NCBI GenBank assembly: GCA_002347565.1
Contig: DDXR01000076.1
Location: 42,006-106,005, forward strand
Direction: 5' to 3'
Source of the DNA: a bacterium UBP2_UBA2255
GTDB taxonomy: Bacteria > Edwardsbacteria > AC1 > EtOH8
Length of the DNA: 64,000 bases
Under the pieces are notes generated by a model. The model ran no database searches. It saw only the letters and a list, made by a program, of their open reading frames with translations, and was not told where the DNA came from. Below, piece after piece: positions 38,521-48,812 of this stretch. The stretch's first letter is position 1. Every line of letters begins with the position of its first letter. The position numbers and the translations under genes were made by a program.

Positions 38521-41500
38521 CTATTTGATCACTATCATCTTTTTGGTGGCGCTGAACTCCCCGGCCTTAAGCTGGTAGAAGTAGATGCCGTTGGCCATGG
38601 CATTGTCCTTTAACCCTATCTGGTGGTACCCGGCCGGTTTCTGCCCCTCGTTAACAGTCTTCACCAATTGCCCGGCCACGTTGTAAACCTGGAGCTGGAC
38701 GTTTGAGGCTTTGGGCAGCTGGTATTTGATGGTCGTTTGCCCCTGGGACGGATTGGGGTAGGCCGCCCGCAGGGCGAAGGTCCTGGGCAGGGCCGGATCG
38801 GTTGGATTGCCGGACACGCCGGTCAGGTTGCTGAGATTAAAGAGTCTCCAGACAAACACGGTATTGCCAACTCCAGTGCTGTTTGCACCGTGCGCATGGT
38901 CCCGGGCATGCACCCTGTACTGAGCAGTCCATGTCGATTCCGCCGGCACCGTGATTTCCGGAATCACTCCTGTAAATGTGTCGGCTAGCGCTCTAATCAT
39001 GACAATTTGCGGCATTGAGGTGGAAGCTACGTGGTGACCCAGCACGGCCGTATCCACACCGGAAAAATCGGTGATCACCGCCCTGACCGTATAAGGCCCG
39101 TAGCCATCGGTGGGATCATTGTCGTCCGGCAGGCTGTCCCACCAGGCAACGGCCGGGCCGTCATAATCTATCCGGTATAGGACACTGTTAAGAACACTGC
39201 CGGCAAAGGGAGTGCCTGCTCCAAGGTTGTTGGAGCCCCCGGCCTGAGTTTCCAGTCCGAAACAGCGCATGATATTCTCCCCGTAACAGGAAGTGTCGGC
39301 CCCCCAATTGTTACCAGTCCCCCATGTCAGTGATGAATCTGTGGCCCCATATACGTTAGCTTGGAATTTCCAATACGAGCCGGACGAAGCCAGCGAAAAT
39401 ACGCCCTTTTTTAAAGTCGTTTTTTTGGGCGCCCAGTGGTTGATGGTAGTGTAGCTCCTGCTTTGGCCATTTGTCGCTGTTATATATGCCCAGATGTTGG
39501 TCGATTGGTCATTTTTGGTGTTCACCTTGGTGTCCTGCTCCACGGTCTGGTCTAGCACCACCACCCGGCCGGCGGCATAGCAGGCCAGATAGACCTTGCC
39601 GCTGGCCGGGTTCACAGTCACCTGGCGTGGCCCGGCCGGCACGGCCAGGGTCTTGACGCTGCGGCTGGCGCAATCAATGATGCTTAGGCTGTTGCCGTCG
39701 CTGTTGGAGACGAAGACCTTTCCCGTCACCGGGTCGGCCGCGATCCATTCCGGATGAACCCCCACCTTGATGGTGCTGGTGCCGTTGGTGGCTCCATCGA
39801 TCTCGGTCACTGTGCTGTCATTATAGTTGGTGACGTAGATCCTATTGTTGGCCCGGTTCACCGCCACGCCGGACGGCCAGTTGCCTATGGTCACAGGGGT
39901 GGTGGTATTGGTGGCGCCGTCGATGACGGTCACTTTGCCGGCGGTGGCCAGGCTGACCACGTAGATCTTGTTGGTCACCGGATTGACATCGATTTTGTAG
40001 GGCCGGGATATTGAAGATATTGTCGCTACCGGAGCGTTGTGCGCCCCGTCAATAACCGTGACGGTATTGCTGACGTCATTGCCGACATAAATGCGGTTGG
40101 TGGCCGGGTTCACCGCTATGGAGAACGGCTTTGAACCCACCAACACCGAAGTGGTGTCCCAATCCTTGCCGTCTATCACCTTGACCCGGTTGGCGGAAGC
40201 AAAGAAACTGTTAACGTAAATATAGTTGGTCAGTGGATTAACGGCCACTATGGTAGGCAGGGTATCCACGGCAATGTTTGTTTCCACGGCATAGGTGACC
40301 CCGTTTATGACCGATACCGACTTGCTTCCGGTGTTGCAGACAAACGCCTTGTTGGTCAGAGGATTTACTGCGATCATTCTTGGATCATCGCCCACCGCGA
40401 TGGTCATGGTGTCGCCGTTGGCCTTGATCACCGTCACGTTGTCGCTGCTGCTGTTGCTGAAGAAGGCATCGCCGGTGATGGGGTTGACCGCCGCAAACTG
40501 GGTGCCGCTTTTGGCGACGGTTATGGTGGTATCAAAGTCCGAGCCGTCTATCACCGCCAGGCTGTCGTTGACGGTTGCGCCGCATTCCAATATGGCGTAG
40601 ACGTTGTTGGTCGCCGGGTTTAGCGCCATCCGGCCCGGAGCGTGGGACAGCAGTAGAGAATCGCGGATAACCCCGCTGCGCCAGTCCAGGATCATCAGCA
40701 CCGGGATGGCATTGTCGTTGCCCACGTAGAGCTTTCTGGTGACCGGATTAATTGTCATGTAATTGGGAAAGGGCTTCACCAAAGCCTCGCCGGCGCTGGT
40801 GTTGGTGGAGCAATTGACGGCGGTTACCGTTCCGCTGCTCATATTGGCTACAAAGGCCCGCTTGGCCGCCGGATCGGAGACCACCGATACCGGGTAATCC
40901 CCCGAGTAGAACTTGGCCTCCTTGACATAACCCCAGCAGTCGAACACCGTCACGCTGTCATCGTCGGTGTTGGCCACATAAAGCCGGTTGACCGAGGCGC
41001 AGACCGCCATGCCGTAAGCCCTTCTGCCCGACCACAGCGTGTTGGTGAGTTCGCCGGAGCGGCGGATGACGGTAACCGAATCGGAAAGCTCGTAAGAAAC
41101 CCAGACGTAATGCTGCACCGGGTCCAGCACCATCGCCCGGGGCCGGTCCTTTACGCGAACATGCCTCAACAGCACTTCATTTTTAAAGATGCTGACCGTA
41201 TCGCTGCCGTAATTGGCCACGTAGAGAAAATTGCTGTCGGCGTCATAGACCATTGCCTTGGGGTGGTTCTTGACCGCCAGCTTGGCCGTTACCGAACCCA
41301 GACTATCCACCACCATCACCGTGTCCACCGTGGCGGTGCTGTTGGTGGCCACGTACAGCTTGGCGGTGATCGGATTCACTGCCAGGCAGTTGGGCCCTGC
41401 GCCGACCGTCCAGACCTGAACCGCATTGGTCCTTCCGTTGACCACGCTGACCCTGCCGCTGCTGCTGTCGGCCGTGAAGATCAGATTCCTGACCGGATCG

Positions 41501-41625
41501 ACGGCCACGCTCTTGATGCCGTTCCCCAGTCCCACCGCGGTGGTCTGCCAGTCGGCCAAGGCCGGAACGGCCGCCAGCAGTATTGCCGCCAGCGCCATCT
41601 GTAGAGCCCTACTTCTCGTCTCCAT
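38521..41625 (-). CDS. giant YVTN-family beta-propeller repeat protein with T9SS C-terminal sorting domain
   Basis: 1034 aa. Signal peptide. Many ~40-aa repeats with L/I-YVAN/YVGN/YVTN motifs (LYVANYGSDTVSIF, IYVGNDVSNTVTVID, IYVTNYNDSTVTEID). C-terminus NGIYFYQLKAGEFSATKKMIVIK is a Por tail. Confidence 0.85.
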   Translation of the reverse strand: METRSRALQMALAAILLAAVPALADWQTTAVGLGNGIKSVAVDPVRNLIFTADSSSGRVSVVNGRTNAVQVWTVGAGPNCLAVNPITAKLYVATNSTATVDTVMVVDSLGSVTAKLAVKNHPKAMVYDADSNFLYVANYGSDTVSIFKNEVLLRHVRVKDRPRAMVLDPVQHYVWVSYELSDSVTVIRRSGELTNTLWSGRRAYGMAVCASVNRLYVANTDDDSVTVFDCWGYVKEAKFYSGDYPVSVVSDPAAKRAFVANMSSGTVTAVNCSTNTSAGEALVKPFPNYMTINPVTRKLYVGNDNAIPVLMILDWRSGVIRDSLLLSHAPGRMALNPATNNVYAILECGATVNDSLAVIDGSDFDTTITVAKSGTQFAAVNPITGDAFFSNSSSDNVTVIKANGDTMTIAVGDDPRMIAVNPLTNKAFVCNTGSKSVSVINGVTYAVETNIAVDTLPTIVAVNPLTNYIYVNSFFASANRVKVIDGKDWDTTSVLVGSKPFSIAVNPATNRIYVGNDVSNTVTVIDGAHNAPVATISSISRPYKIDVNPVTNKIYVVSLATAGKVTVIDGATNTTTPVTIGNWPSGVAVNRANNRIYVTNYNDSTVTEIDGATNGTSTIKVGVHPEWIAADPVTGKVFVSNSDGNSLSIIDCASRSVKTLAVPAGPRQVTVNPASGKVYLACYAAGRVVVLDQTVEQDTKVNTKNDQSTNIWAYITATNGQSRSYTTINHWAPKKTTLKKGVFSLASSGSYWKFQANVYGATDSSLTWGTGNNWGADTSCYGENIMRCFGLETQAGGSNNLGAGTPFAGSVLNSVLYRIDYDGPAVAWWDSLPDDNDPTDGYGPYTVRAVITDFSGVDTAVLGHHVASTSMPQIVMIRALADTFTGVIPEITVPAESTWTAQYRVHARDHAHGANSTGVGNTVFVWRLFNLSNLTGVSGNPTDPALPRTFALRAAYPNPSQGQTTIKYQLPKASNVQLQVYNVAGQLVKTVNEGQKPAGYHQIGLKDNAMANGIYFYQLKAGEFSATKKMIVIK

Positions 41626-41680
41626 GGCTTTCTCCTTGTGGTGTTGGTTTTTATGGTTATTTTGTGCGCCGGTTGTTTTC

Positions 41681-42061
41681 TTAATATCCGATGGGTACCG
41701 TGTGTGTTCCCGGCGGGGCCAGTGCCGGCGGCAACGCTTCGTCCTTTTGGGCCGCGATCTTTAGCTCACGGCGCTGCCGGTTGGTTGTGGCGGGCCGGGC
41801 CTGGATCATCCTGACGTACTTGCGGATCGTCTGGTCGCCGGCCTGCCGCGCCGTTTTCTTACACGCCGCCGCTTCCCTGGCGGCTTGGCGGGCAGCCCGG
41901 TGCCGGTCCAGGGCGTCGCTCCAGGAACGCTGGATCATGCCGATCTCGCCAATCTCATCATCGGTCAACCCGAGTTTCGATCCCTGACGCTTGACACCGG
42001 CCAAGAAGTTTCTAAACCATTCGTCAAAGATATTGTCGGAACGCGGCAGATAATCCGGCAT
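41681..42061 (-). CDS. hypothetical protein
   Basis: Start at MPDYLPRSD with a GGGGGAGAGG RBS. 126 aa, basic C-terminal half. Confidence 0.45.
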   Translation of the reverse strand: MPDYLPRSDNIFDEWFRNFLAGVKRQGSKLGLTDDEIGEIGMIQRSWSDALDRHRAARQAAREAAACKKTARQAGDQTIRKYVRMIQARPATTNRQRRELKIAAQKDEALPPALAPPGTHTVPIGY

Positions 42062-42198
42062 CCTCTCCCCCTTGTCATTGTTCACCGGAACGCATGCAAA
42101 TGATAGAGGAACGATTCTTATATTTTTCTTATAAGCAAAAAGAAAGCCGGGGAACATTCTGTTGTTCCCCGGCTGCCTATTGATTGTCCGCCAATTAG

Positions 42199-45100
42199 TT
42201 ACGGCGCATGGCGCATTATTGTTTCGTGCAGGTCCACAGTTTCTTTAGACGGGCCGATGCCCAGATCCCTTTTCAGTTTTCGGGCATGTTCGTGATAAAT
42301 CTTCTCCGCCCGGCTGATGCTTCCCATGCTGCCATAGACCCTCAACAGGCCGCGGCAGGCCTCTTCGCAAAGCGGATCCAAGCTCAGCGCCTTTTCGTAA
42401 TAATCCCGCCCGGTTTCCAATTCGCCGGCTTTGCCAGAGAGGAATCCGAGCTTCAACAGCGCCTTGAGGAAACGGTCATTGTAAAGACGAGCCTGCGCCA
42501 CCACCCACTCATCGGCCCAGCCGCTGCAGAAGGGCGCGGCATGCAATGAAATCGCCCTGCCCAGCAGCTTCCTGGCCGCGGCACCGTCGCCGCCATTTTC
42601 AGCGATTCTTGCCTGTTCCAGCAGACGATCAAATTCAATGGCATCGACCGTCATCCCCAATTCCGGATCGATGCGGTAATGTCCTACCGTTTTAAGAACC
42701 GCCGCGGCGGATCGCTTTCCCAGCGGTTTTCGCAGGCTCTGCCGCAATTCATGCAGCGCCAGATGAAAGCTGCCCACCGCCTGCCTGGCGCCTGACTTCG
42801 GCCACAGCGCTTCCAGGATCTCATCGCGCGCGGCCCCGCGCACCCCGCGGTGGGCCAGGAAACTTAACAGCCGCAGTGTCTGGGGCCGGAAAAGTATCGC
42901 CACTTCCCGGTCGTCGATCTTCACCCGCGGCGGGCCGAACAGCGATACCGAGAGGCGCTCCCGGTGGAGCGGCTGGGGGTGTTCGGTTGTATACGAAGGG
43001 ATGGAGAGCAGATAGTCCGCTTCATCCTTCAGCGCCTTCGACATCTCGGCCAGCGGCGGGCTGGCCCGCAGCTCGCACGACAGCAGCCCATCGAATCCGA
43101 AATCCCGGCAAAGTCCCACCGCTTGCCGCAGCGCTGTAACCGCCTCTTTCCTGTGTCCGGTGCCAGCATTGATCTCTGCCGTTGCCAGGGCGCAGACAAT
43201 CTCTCCCATATGTCCGAAGTATTTTACCGCCTTTTCTCGGCAGGCATCGAGCGCCTCTTTCGCCGCCGGATAATCCTTGCGGGCCGCCTCGACCAACGTC
43301 TGCTCCAAAAGGACCGCCATCTGGTCCAGTTGTCCCGGGGCCACTTGTTTCATCAATCCAAGGAGCGCCATGGCCTGCTGTTGGTTTCCCCGGTAGCGTT
43401 CCAGCCGGGCCTGCTGCCGCAGGGCGATGCAGACCGACCGGCTCCAGTTCATCTCCTCGAATATCCTGCGGGCCGTCTCCAGATGCTTCTGGGCAGCGTC
43501 CCACTGACCCTGGAACAGGTGAAGGTAGCCGAAGCCGAATTCCAGCATCGACCGGGAAAAGACATCCTCGTATTCCCGGCACAGCGACCATCCCCGGTTC
43601 AGACATTCCTCGGCCCAGGCGCTCTTGCCCAGGTCCAGGGCCACCTTGGCCGCGTTGTGGAAGTACGAGCCCACCAGGTGTGTATATTGATCGCCGATCC
43701 GGTCGATGATCCGGGCATAGACTTTAAAGGCCCGCCGCTTTTCGCCCAAACTTTCCAGCAGGACCGCGTCCTTTTGCTCGATCAGGATGCTCTGGGCGGC
43801 GTTGACCGAATTCTTGAGCAATGCCCGGGCTCTGCCCAGGTACCGCCGGGCCCTCCGGGTGTCGCCCAGCCCCTCCAACAGGACCTGGGCGGTGAATCCC
43901 AGAATGGATATCTTGATGTCGAGATCCCGCTCCCGGCAGGAAGCCAACGCCGACTTCAAAGTCGCCAGCGCGGCCCGGTACTCGCCCTGGCGGTGCTGGA
44001 CGATCCCCTTCTCGTACAACATGGGGGACATGGCGGCCGGCGGAGCAGCGCCGTTTTTCATGGCGGCCTCAGCCCGTTGGTAACACTCTTCGGCCTGGGC
44101 CAGCTTTCCCTGCTCCTTGTGAAGGACGGCCCGGATGCCGTAGAGCCAGGGGAAACCGGCCAGCGACTCCTCTGGGAATTTCTCCAGCCATTTTCTGACC
44201 AGCGACAACTGTGCGCGGTTGATCACCCGTTCCCGCACTCGGGCGATCAGTTCAGCCGCGGCGCGATAATCCTCTGCCGCCAAAAAATGATCGATCGCCT
44301 TCTCCTCCTTGCCGCTGTGGAGAAAATACTGCGCCGCCCGGCGGTGGAGTTGATGGCGTTCGCTGTGGTCCGAGATCTGGCCGTAGAGGAACTCCCTGAA
44401 CAGCCGATGGTAGCGGTATTCCCCTTCTCCCGTGACGGCAAGCAACAGGTGCCGCTGCTCCAGGTCCCGCAACCGTTCTCGAGCACTATCGTCCTGCAGG
44501 ACATGGCGGCAGGCCTCGGGTGTCATCGTCTCCAGCACGGAGCTGCGGCACAGGAACATTCGATTTTCCGACTGCTCCCGCTGGTAAACCTCGCCGGCGA
44601 AATACCGGAACAGATCCTGTCCGCCGCCTTGGTGACGGGCAACAACTTCGGCGATGGTCTTGCCGTCGCGTGCCGCCGCCTGCAGAATGAGATGTATGGC
44701 GGTGATCCATCCTTCGGTTATTATTGAGATATTTTTCGACTCGCCGACGCTGGCGTGCTGGCGGTATCCCTCAGTCAGCAGAGCCCCTATCTCCTGTTCG
44801 TCGAAGCGCAGCGCGCCGGCCGGCAGATCGAAAACATCCCGCTTGGCCCGCCATTTGGGCAGCGACGGCAGCGGCGGCTCGGCGCGCGAGGCCAGCAGCA
44901 CGTGCGCCATGTCCGGCAGCCGGTCGATGAAATAGTCCATGGCCCGGTGCACCGGGCTGTCGACCGTCAGCGCATGATAGTCGTCGATCAGGAAGAACAG
45001 CTCCTCGTTGCGCTGCTCGACCAGTTCGTTGATCAGCGTCCCCATGGCCAATCGCTGATCGCCGGCGATCCCCGTTCCTTCGGCCGCCAGCGCCGCGCTG

Positions 45101-45411
45101 CGGGGTGCCAACCCGGGCTGGAGCCGTCGTACTCCCGCCAGCAGCAGCGAGTAGAAGCTGGCGAAGTCGCTGTCCTCAGGCTCCAGCGCCAGATAGACAT
45201 GGGGCAGCAGCGCCTGCTCCCGAATCTGGGCCATGAGCGTGGTCTTGCCGTAGCCGGCATCGGCGGTGATCATCACCAGCTTTCGGTCGAGATGATTGAC
45301 CACCAGATCGGCCAGACGGGGACGGCAAAGCGTGCCCGGCTTGATGCGGGGCAACTGCAGCCGGGTGGCCACGGGCGCTGCCTGGTTGTGCGCTCCAACG
45401 GCTCGGCTCAT
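42199..45411 (-). CDS. MalT-like STAND ATPase / TPR regulator with C-terminal SARP-type wHTH plus BTAD domains
   Basis: N-terminus LQLPRIKPGTLCRPRLADLV...LVMITADAGYGKTTLMAQ parallels the MalT N-terminus and P-loop. Long TPR region. C-terminus LFGPPRVKIDDREV...LRLLSFLAHRG...ILEALWP is an OmpR-type wHTH, followed by BTAD (LYNDRFLKALLKLGFLSGKAGELETGRDYYEKALSLDP). Confidence 0.8.
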   Translation of the reverse strand: MSRAVGAHNQAAPVATRLQLPRIKPGTLCRPRLADLVVNHLDRKLVMITADAGYGKTTLMAQIREQALLPHVYLALEPEDSDFASFYSLLLAGVRRLQPGLAPRSAALAAEGTGIAGDQRLAMGTLINELVEQRNEELFFLIDDYHALTVDSPVHRAMDYFIDRLPDMAHVLLASRAEPPLPSLPKWRAKRDVFDLPAGALRFDEQEIGALLTEGYRQHASVGESKNISIITEGWITAIHLILQAAARDGKTIAEVVARHQGGGQDLFRYFAGEVYQREQSENRMFLCRSSVLETMTPEACRHVLQDDSARERLRDLEQRHLLLAVTGEGEYRYHRLFREFLYGQISDHSERHQLHRRAAQYFLHSGKEEKAIDHFLAAEDYRAAAELIARVRERVINRAQLSLVRKWLEKFPEESLAGFPWLYGIRAVLHKEQGKLAQAEECYQRAEAAMKNGAAPPAAMSPMLYEKGIVQHRQGEYRAALATLKSALASCRERDLDIKISILGFTAQVLLEGLGDTRRARRYLGRARALLKNSVNAAQSILIEQKDAVLLESLGEKRRAFKVYARIIDRIGDQYTHLVGSYFHNAAKVALDLGKSAWAEECLNRGWSLCREYEDVFSRSMLEFGFGYLHLFQGQWDAAQKHLETARRIFEEMNWSRSVCIALRQQARLERYRGNQQQAMALLGLMKQVAPGQLDQMAVLLEQTLVEAARKDYPAAKEALDACREKAVKYFGHMGEIVCALATAEINAGTGHRKEAVTALRQAVGLCRDFGFDGLLSCELRASPPLAEMSKALKDEADYLLSIPSYTTEHPQPLHRERLSVSLFGPPRVKIDDREVAILFRPQTLRLLSFLAHRGVRGAARDEILEALWPKSGARQAVGSFHLALHELRQSLRKPLGKRSAAAVLKTVGHYRIDPELGMTVDAIEFDRLLEQARIAENGGDGAAARKLLGRAISLHAAPFCSGWADEWVVAQARLYNDRFLKALLKLGFLSGKAGELETGRDYYEKALSLDPLCEEACRGLLRVYGSMGSISRAEKIYHEHARKLKRDLGIGPSKETVDLHETIMRHAP

Positions 45412-45678
45412 GCCATCAGCAGCCCTGAACCTGGCATCATCATCGGCGCCATCTCCCCTTTGTGCGACACTGACGTTCAAAGACCTCTGCAAACGTTCTT
45501 CTTGCCACGGAAGCGCGGAAGTATTTGGACAAGTCCGCCAAAAAATCTCGGATTTGCCAGGCTTTTTCAGTGTTCTCAGTTATTCCGTGCTTCAGTGGTT
45601 GGATTTTGCAGAAGTCGCGTTCAGCGTGTCGTGTTCTCCGGGCGCGCCCGTTCACTAATCGAAAATGAACAAAACGCA

Positions 45679-46416
45679 CTACCGCCGCGGTGTGTCCATA
45701 ACCTCCCCGGGCAAGTCACCGAGCTCGACGCTGTATTCCCCCTCGTTGCAGGAGCCGATGATAATCGTGACCCGACGCCCGGCAAATTCGCCTCCCGGAT
45801 CACTCGTGAAGCTCCTGCTTTCATACTCGTCCTCGAAACTGGCTCCCGGCTTTCGCGCGGCGCAGACGAAAACATACTCCCCGTTGCTCTTTTTTCTGAC
45901 GCCCGTGATCCGGCCCTCGATCCTGGCCGCCCTGCCGCTCGCCTCCAGCATCCGAAGCCTGATGCTCCGGCCGGCGGGGCTTGTGCCGCGCTCGATATCG
46001 CCGAAGATGTAGAACACGCCCGAGGCCAGGAACAGTGCCAGCAGTCCGCCGACGGCCAGCAGCAGCGGCCCCAGCCAGAAATGCGAAAACTTCGTCAGCT
46101 GGGCCTGGTCCGGGTTGTGGGGGTTGTATCTGAGCCCGACCTCGGCCCCGATCGCGAATTCCGGGCTGGAGCTCCCCGTGCTGCCGCGAAAGCGGAAACC
46201 CCGCCCGTCCGGGGTCTGGAACTCGACCACCGGATAGTAGGAGGGCCGGGGGCTTTCCTCGTCGCCAATGACCTCCCCCTGATCCATCGCCACCACCCGT
46301 CCCCGTGCGGACAGGCCGGTCCTGAAGAGGGCAACCCTTTTGGCCCCCCAGGCCAGGCCGCAGATCAGGGATGCCAGTCCCATGCCCCCGAAGATCATCA
46401 AGATCACCCACTTCAT
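45679..46416 (-). CDS. DUF3592-like membrane protein
   Basis: Start trimmed to MKWVILMIFGGMGLASLICG (AGGAG RBS). The YYPVVEFQTPDG motif is typical of DUF3592. Has a second TM. Confidence 0.55.
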   Translation of the reverse strand: MKWVILMIFGGMGLASLICGLAWGAKRVALFRTGLSARGRVVAMDQGEVIGDEESPRPSYYPVVEFQTPDGRGFRFRGSTGSSSPEFAIGAEVGLRYNPHNPDQAQLTKFSHFWLGPLLLAVGGLLALFLASGVFYIFGDIERGTSPAGRSIRLRMLEASGRAARIEGRITGVRKKSNGEYVFVCAARKPGASFEDEYESRSFTSDPGGEFAGRRVTIIIGSCNEGEYSVELGDLPGEVMDTPRR

Positions 46417-46606
46417 GTTGGACCCCGCTCCTATTGAAGATGCTTGCGCGAATTGTCCTCTCTGGGCCGGGCCAGCCATGAATATTGTGAGGTTGCCTCC
46501 CCGGCGCCACTTCGCAGTTTTCCGCTGGTCGTTCGCCGGACTGCATGACTGCGGATCTGGCGGCCGGCCCGGTGCCGCCGCGACGGCTCGGTCTCTCATT
46601 ATACGC

Positions 46607-46634
46607 TTGACTTTTAATCGTGTTTTCGTATAAT
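46607..46634 (+). promoter_or_regulatory. candidate sigma-70 promoter (TTGACT-N16-TATAAT) for the PilZ gene
   Basis: ACGCTTGACTTTTAATCGTGTTTTCGTATAAT, ~45 nt upstream of the 46680 start. Confidence 0.45.
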
Positions 46635-46679
46635 GGAGCCATCCGGTACCGGAGGCCGGCCAGCCATTGCGAGGCACCC

Positions 46680-47054
46680 ATGACCAAACGCCAGCCATAT
46701 TCCGAGGTGCGGCGCTTCTCACGCCTGCCGGTGTCGCAGAAGGTGGAGTACAGGGAACTGGGCGACGTCATCGACACCTCGGTCCTGCGCACCAGCAAGC
46801 TTCGGAACCTCAGCCCCGGCGGCCTGCAGTTCGTCTCCGCCCGGCCGGCCAAGCCCGACGACGTCCTGCAGTTGAAATTCTCGCTGTCGCTGGACCGCCG
46901 CCGGCTGGACATACCGGTGATCGCCCGGGTCATCCACTGCCGCCGCATCAAGCCCGGTCACTACGCAATCGGCGTCGAGTTCGTCGACTTCCAATGGACC
47001 GACATCCACGCCCTGCACCGCTACGTCAAGAAAAAAAACGGCACTGCCGGCTGA
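46680..47054 (+). CDS. PilZ domain protein (c-di-GMP binding)
   Basis: RRFSRLPV (RxxxR) and NLSPGGLQF (D/NxSxGG) motifs. Promoter-like TTGACT-N16-TATAAT upstream. Confidence 0.75.
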   Translation: MTKRQPYSEVRRFSRLPVSQKVEYRELGDVIDTSVLRTSKLRNLSPGGLQFVSARPAKPDDVLQLKFSLSLDRRRLDIPVIARVIHCRRIKPGHYAIGVEFVDFQWTDIHALHRYVKKKNGTAG

Positions 47055-47103
47055 CCGGCAGCCCGGGCCGAACGGTCCGGGCTGTTTTCGCAAATCCGGG
47101 CGA

Positions 47104-48558
47104 TCAACCCACATGCCGCAGCGCCCAGGCTAGCGCCTCGTCCAGCATCTCCTGCGGCGGCGGCGCGATCAACCCGCTGCTGGAGAGCAGGTCCAGCGCC
47201 TCGCGCGCCGCCGCCGCGTCCCGCGCCGTCATGCGGCCCGCCTCGCCGGCTGGCAGCGTCCTGCGGGCGTGCCCCTCGGCGGCAGACTGCGCCGCCACGG
47301 CTTCCGCCACCAGCGGCGCGGCCGTTGGATCTTCCAGCGCCGGCAGGATCCGTTGCGGCGCCAGCCCCTGCCGGGCCGCCAGCCCGTGCAGCGCCCCGGC
47401 CGCGGCGATCGCCATGCCGTCGCTGATGGTGCGGGACCGCGCCAGCAGCGCGCCCTTGAGAATGCCCGGAAAGGCCAGGGCATTGTTGACCTGGTTGGGG
47501 AAATCTCCGCGGCCGGTGGCGACGATCAGCGCGCCGGCCCCAACGGCAGCGTGGGGGTAGATCTCCGGCACCGGATTGGCGCAGGCGAACACGGCCGCCC
47601 CCGGCGCCATCCTGCGGATCATTTCCGGCAGCGCGGGATTCGGCCCCGGCGCCGAGGCGCAGACCAGCGCGTCCGCCCCGGCCAGGGCCGTGCCCAGGTC
47701 CCGGACCCGGCCCGGGTTCGTCACCCGGCACAGCTCCCAGACCGGCAGGTACCGGGGATCGTCTCGGTAGTCGGCCCGTTCGTCGGACAGCGCTCCGGTG
47801 GCGTCGAACAGCGCGATCCCCGCGGGATCGGCTCCCGCCGCGATCGCCAGCCGGGCCGAAGCGGTGTTGGCCGCGCCCGCGCCCAGGAACACGATCCGGA
47901 CGCGCTCCAGCCGCTTGCCGGCCACCGCCAGCGCGCCCAGCAGTCCCGCCAGGACGACGCAGGCCGTCCCCTGGGCGTCGTCGTGCCACACCGGGATGCC
48001 GCACGAGTCGCGCAACGCGTCCAGGATTGCGTAGCAGTTCGGCTGGGAGATGTCCTCCAGGTTGACCGCGCCAAAGCTGTGGCGGCATCGCCGGACGAGC
48101 TCGATGACGGCGGCGGGGTCGTTGCGCCCGTCGGCGCCGCGGCTGTCCACGCACAGCGGCACGGCATCGATGCCGGCCAGGTATTTCATCAGGAAGGCCT
48201 TGCCCTCCATCACCCCCAGCGCGCCGGCCGGGGTGACGTCCCCGTCGCCCAGCACCCTGGTGCCGTCGCTGACCACGGCCACCAGGTTGCCGCGGCCGGA
48301 CAGCTCGAACGACGAGTCCTGGTCGTCGCGGATTGCCGTGGAGACCGCCGAAACGCCCGGCGTGTACCAGACGTCCAGCCAGCCGGCCGCGGGGACCGGC
48401 GCCCGGGGCAGGGTCTGGATCTTTCCTCCGTAGAAACGGTGCGCCGCCAGCGCCAGCCGTTGCAGCAGCAGCGTTTTGGCCCGGGCCGCCCGCTCGGGAT
48501 CGAGGCCGGCCGGGAGGCAGGCCTCGAGGTTGCTCAGGTCGGCGGACAGATTGCCCAT
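47104..48558 (-). CDS. NAD(P)-dependent malic enzyme
   Basis: WYTPGVSAV, GRGNLVAVVSDGTRVLGDGD and FLGAGAANTA match malic enzyme motifs. Confidence 0.9.
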   Translation of the reverse strand: MGNLSADLSNLEACLPAGLDPERAARAKTLLLQRLALAAHRFYGGKIQTLPRAPVPAAGWLDVWYTPGVSAVSTAIRDDQDSSFELSGRGNLVAVVSDGTRVLGDGDVTPAGALGVMEGKAFLMKYLAGIDAVPLCVDSRGADGRNDPAAVIELVRRCRHSFGAVNLEDISQPNCYAILDALRDSCGIPVWHDDAQGTACVVLAGLLGALAVAGKRLERVRIVFLGAGAANTASARLAIAAGADPAGIALFDATGALSDERADYRDDPRYLPVWELCRVTNPGRVRDLGTALAGADALVCASAPGPNPALPEMIRRMAPGAAVFACANPVPEIYPHAAVGAGALIVATGRGDFPNQVNNALAFPGILKGALLARSRTISDGMAIAAAGALHGLAARQGLAPQRILPALEDPTAAPLVAEAVAAQSAAEGHARRTLPAGEAGRMTARDAAAAREALDLLSSSGLIAPPPQEMLDEALAWALRHVG

Positions 48559-48615
48559 CGTCGTCGTTGCGCTTTCGGTTCAGCAGGCGGGCGGTCGCGG
48601 CCGGCGTTTATCGCC

Positions 48616-48644
48616 TTGACAGCCGCACGTCCGTGGGATATAAT
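48616..48644 (+). promoter_or_regulatory. sigma-70-type promoter (TTGACA-N17-TATAAT) upstream of tRNA-Pro
   Basis: Perfect consensus hexamers with 17-nt spacing, ending ~15 nt before the tRNA 5' end. Confidence 0.55.
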
Positions 48645-48659
48645 ATCGGGCGTCGTGTC

Positions 48660-48735
48660 CGGGGCGTGGCGCAGTTGGTAGCGCGCTTGCTTTGGGAGCA
48701 AGAAGCCCCCAGTTCGAGTCTGGGCGCCCCGACCA
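48660..48735 (+). tRNA. tRNA-Pro (anticodon TGG)
   Basis: Cloverleaf. Acceptor CGGGGCG/CGCCCCG. Anticodon loop UUUGGGA. T-arm GTTCGAGTC. Encoded CCA. Confidence 0.9.
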
Positions 48736-48812
48736 GCGATGATCGCGCACCGCGGAGACCGCAGCGGGTTGGCCACTTCATCCCCTTGCGCCCCGGTGTT
48801 CCACGGCACCAC

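Noticed and set aside
41681-42157. Longer 158-aa form of the small basic protein, starting MFPGFLFAYKK
   Set aside because: The N-terminal extension lacks an RBS, whereas MPDYLPRS is preceded by GGGGGAGAGG. The shorter form is preferred.
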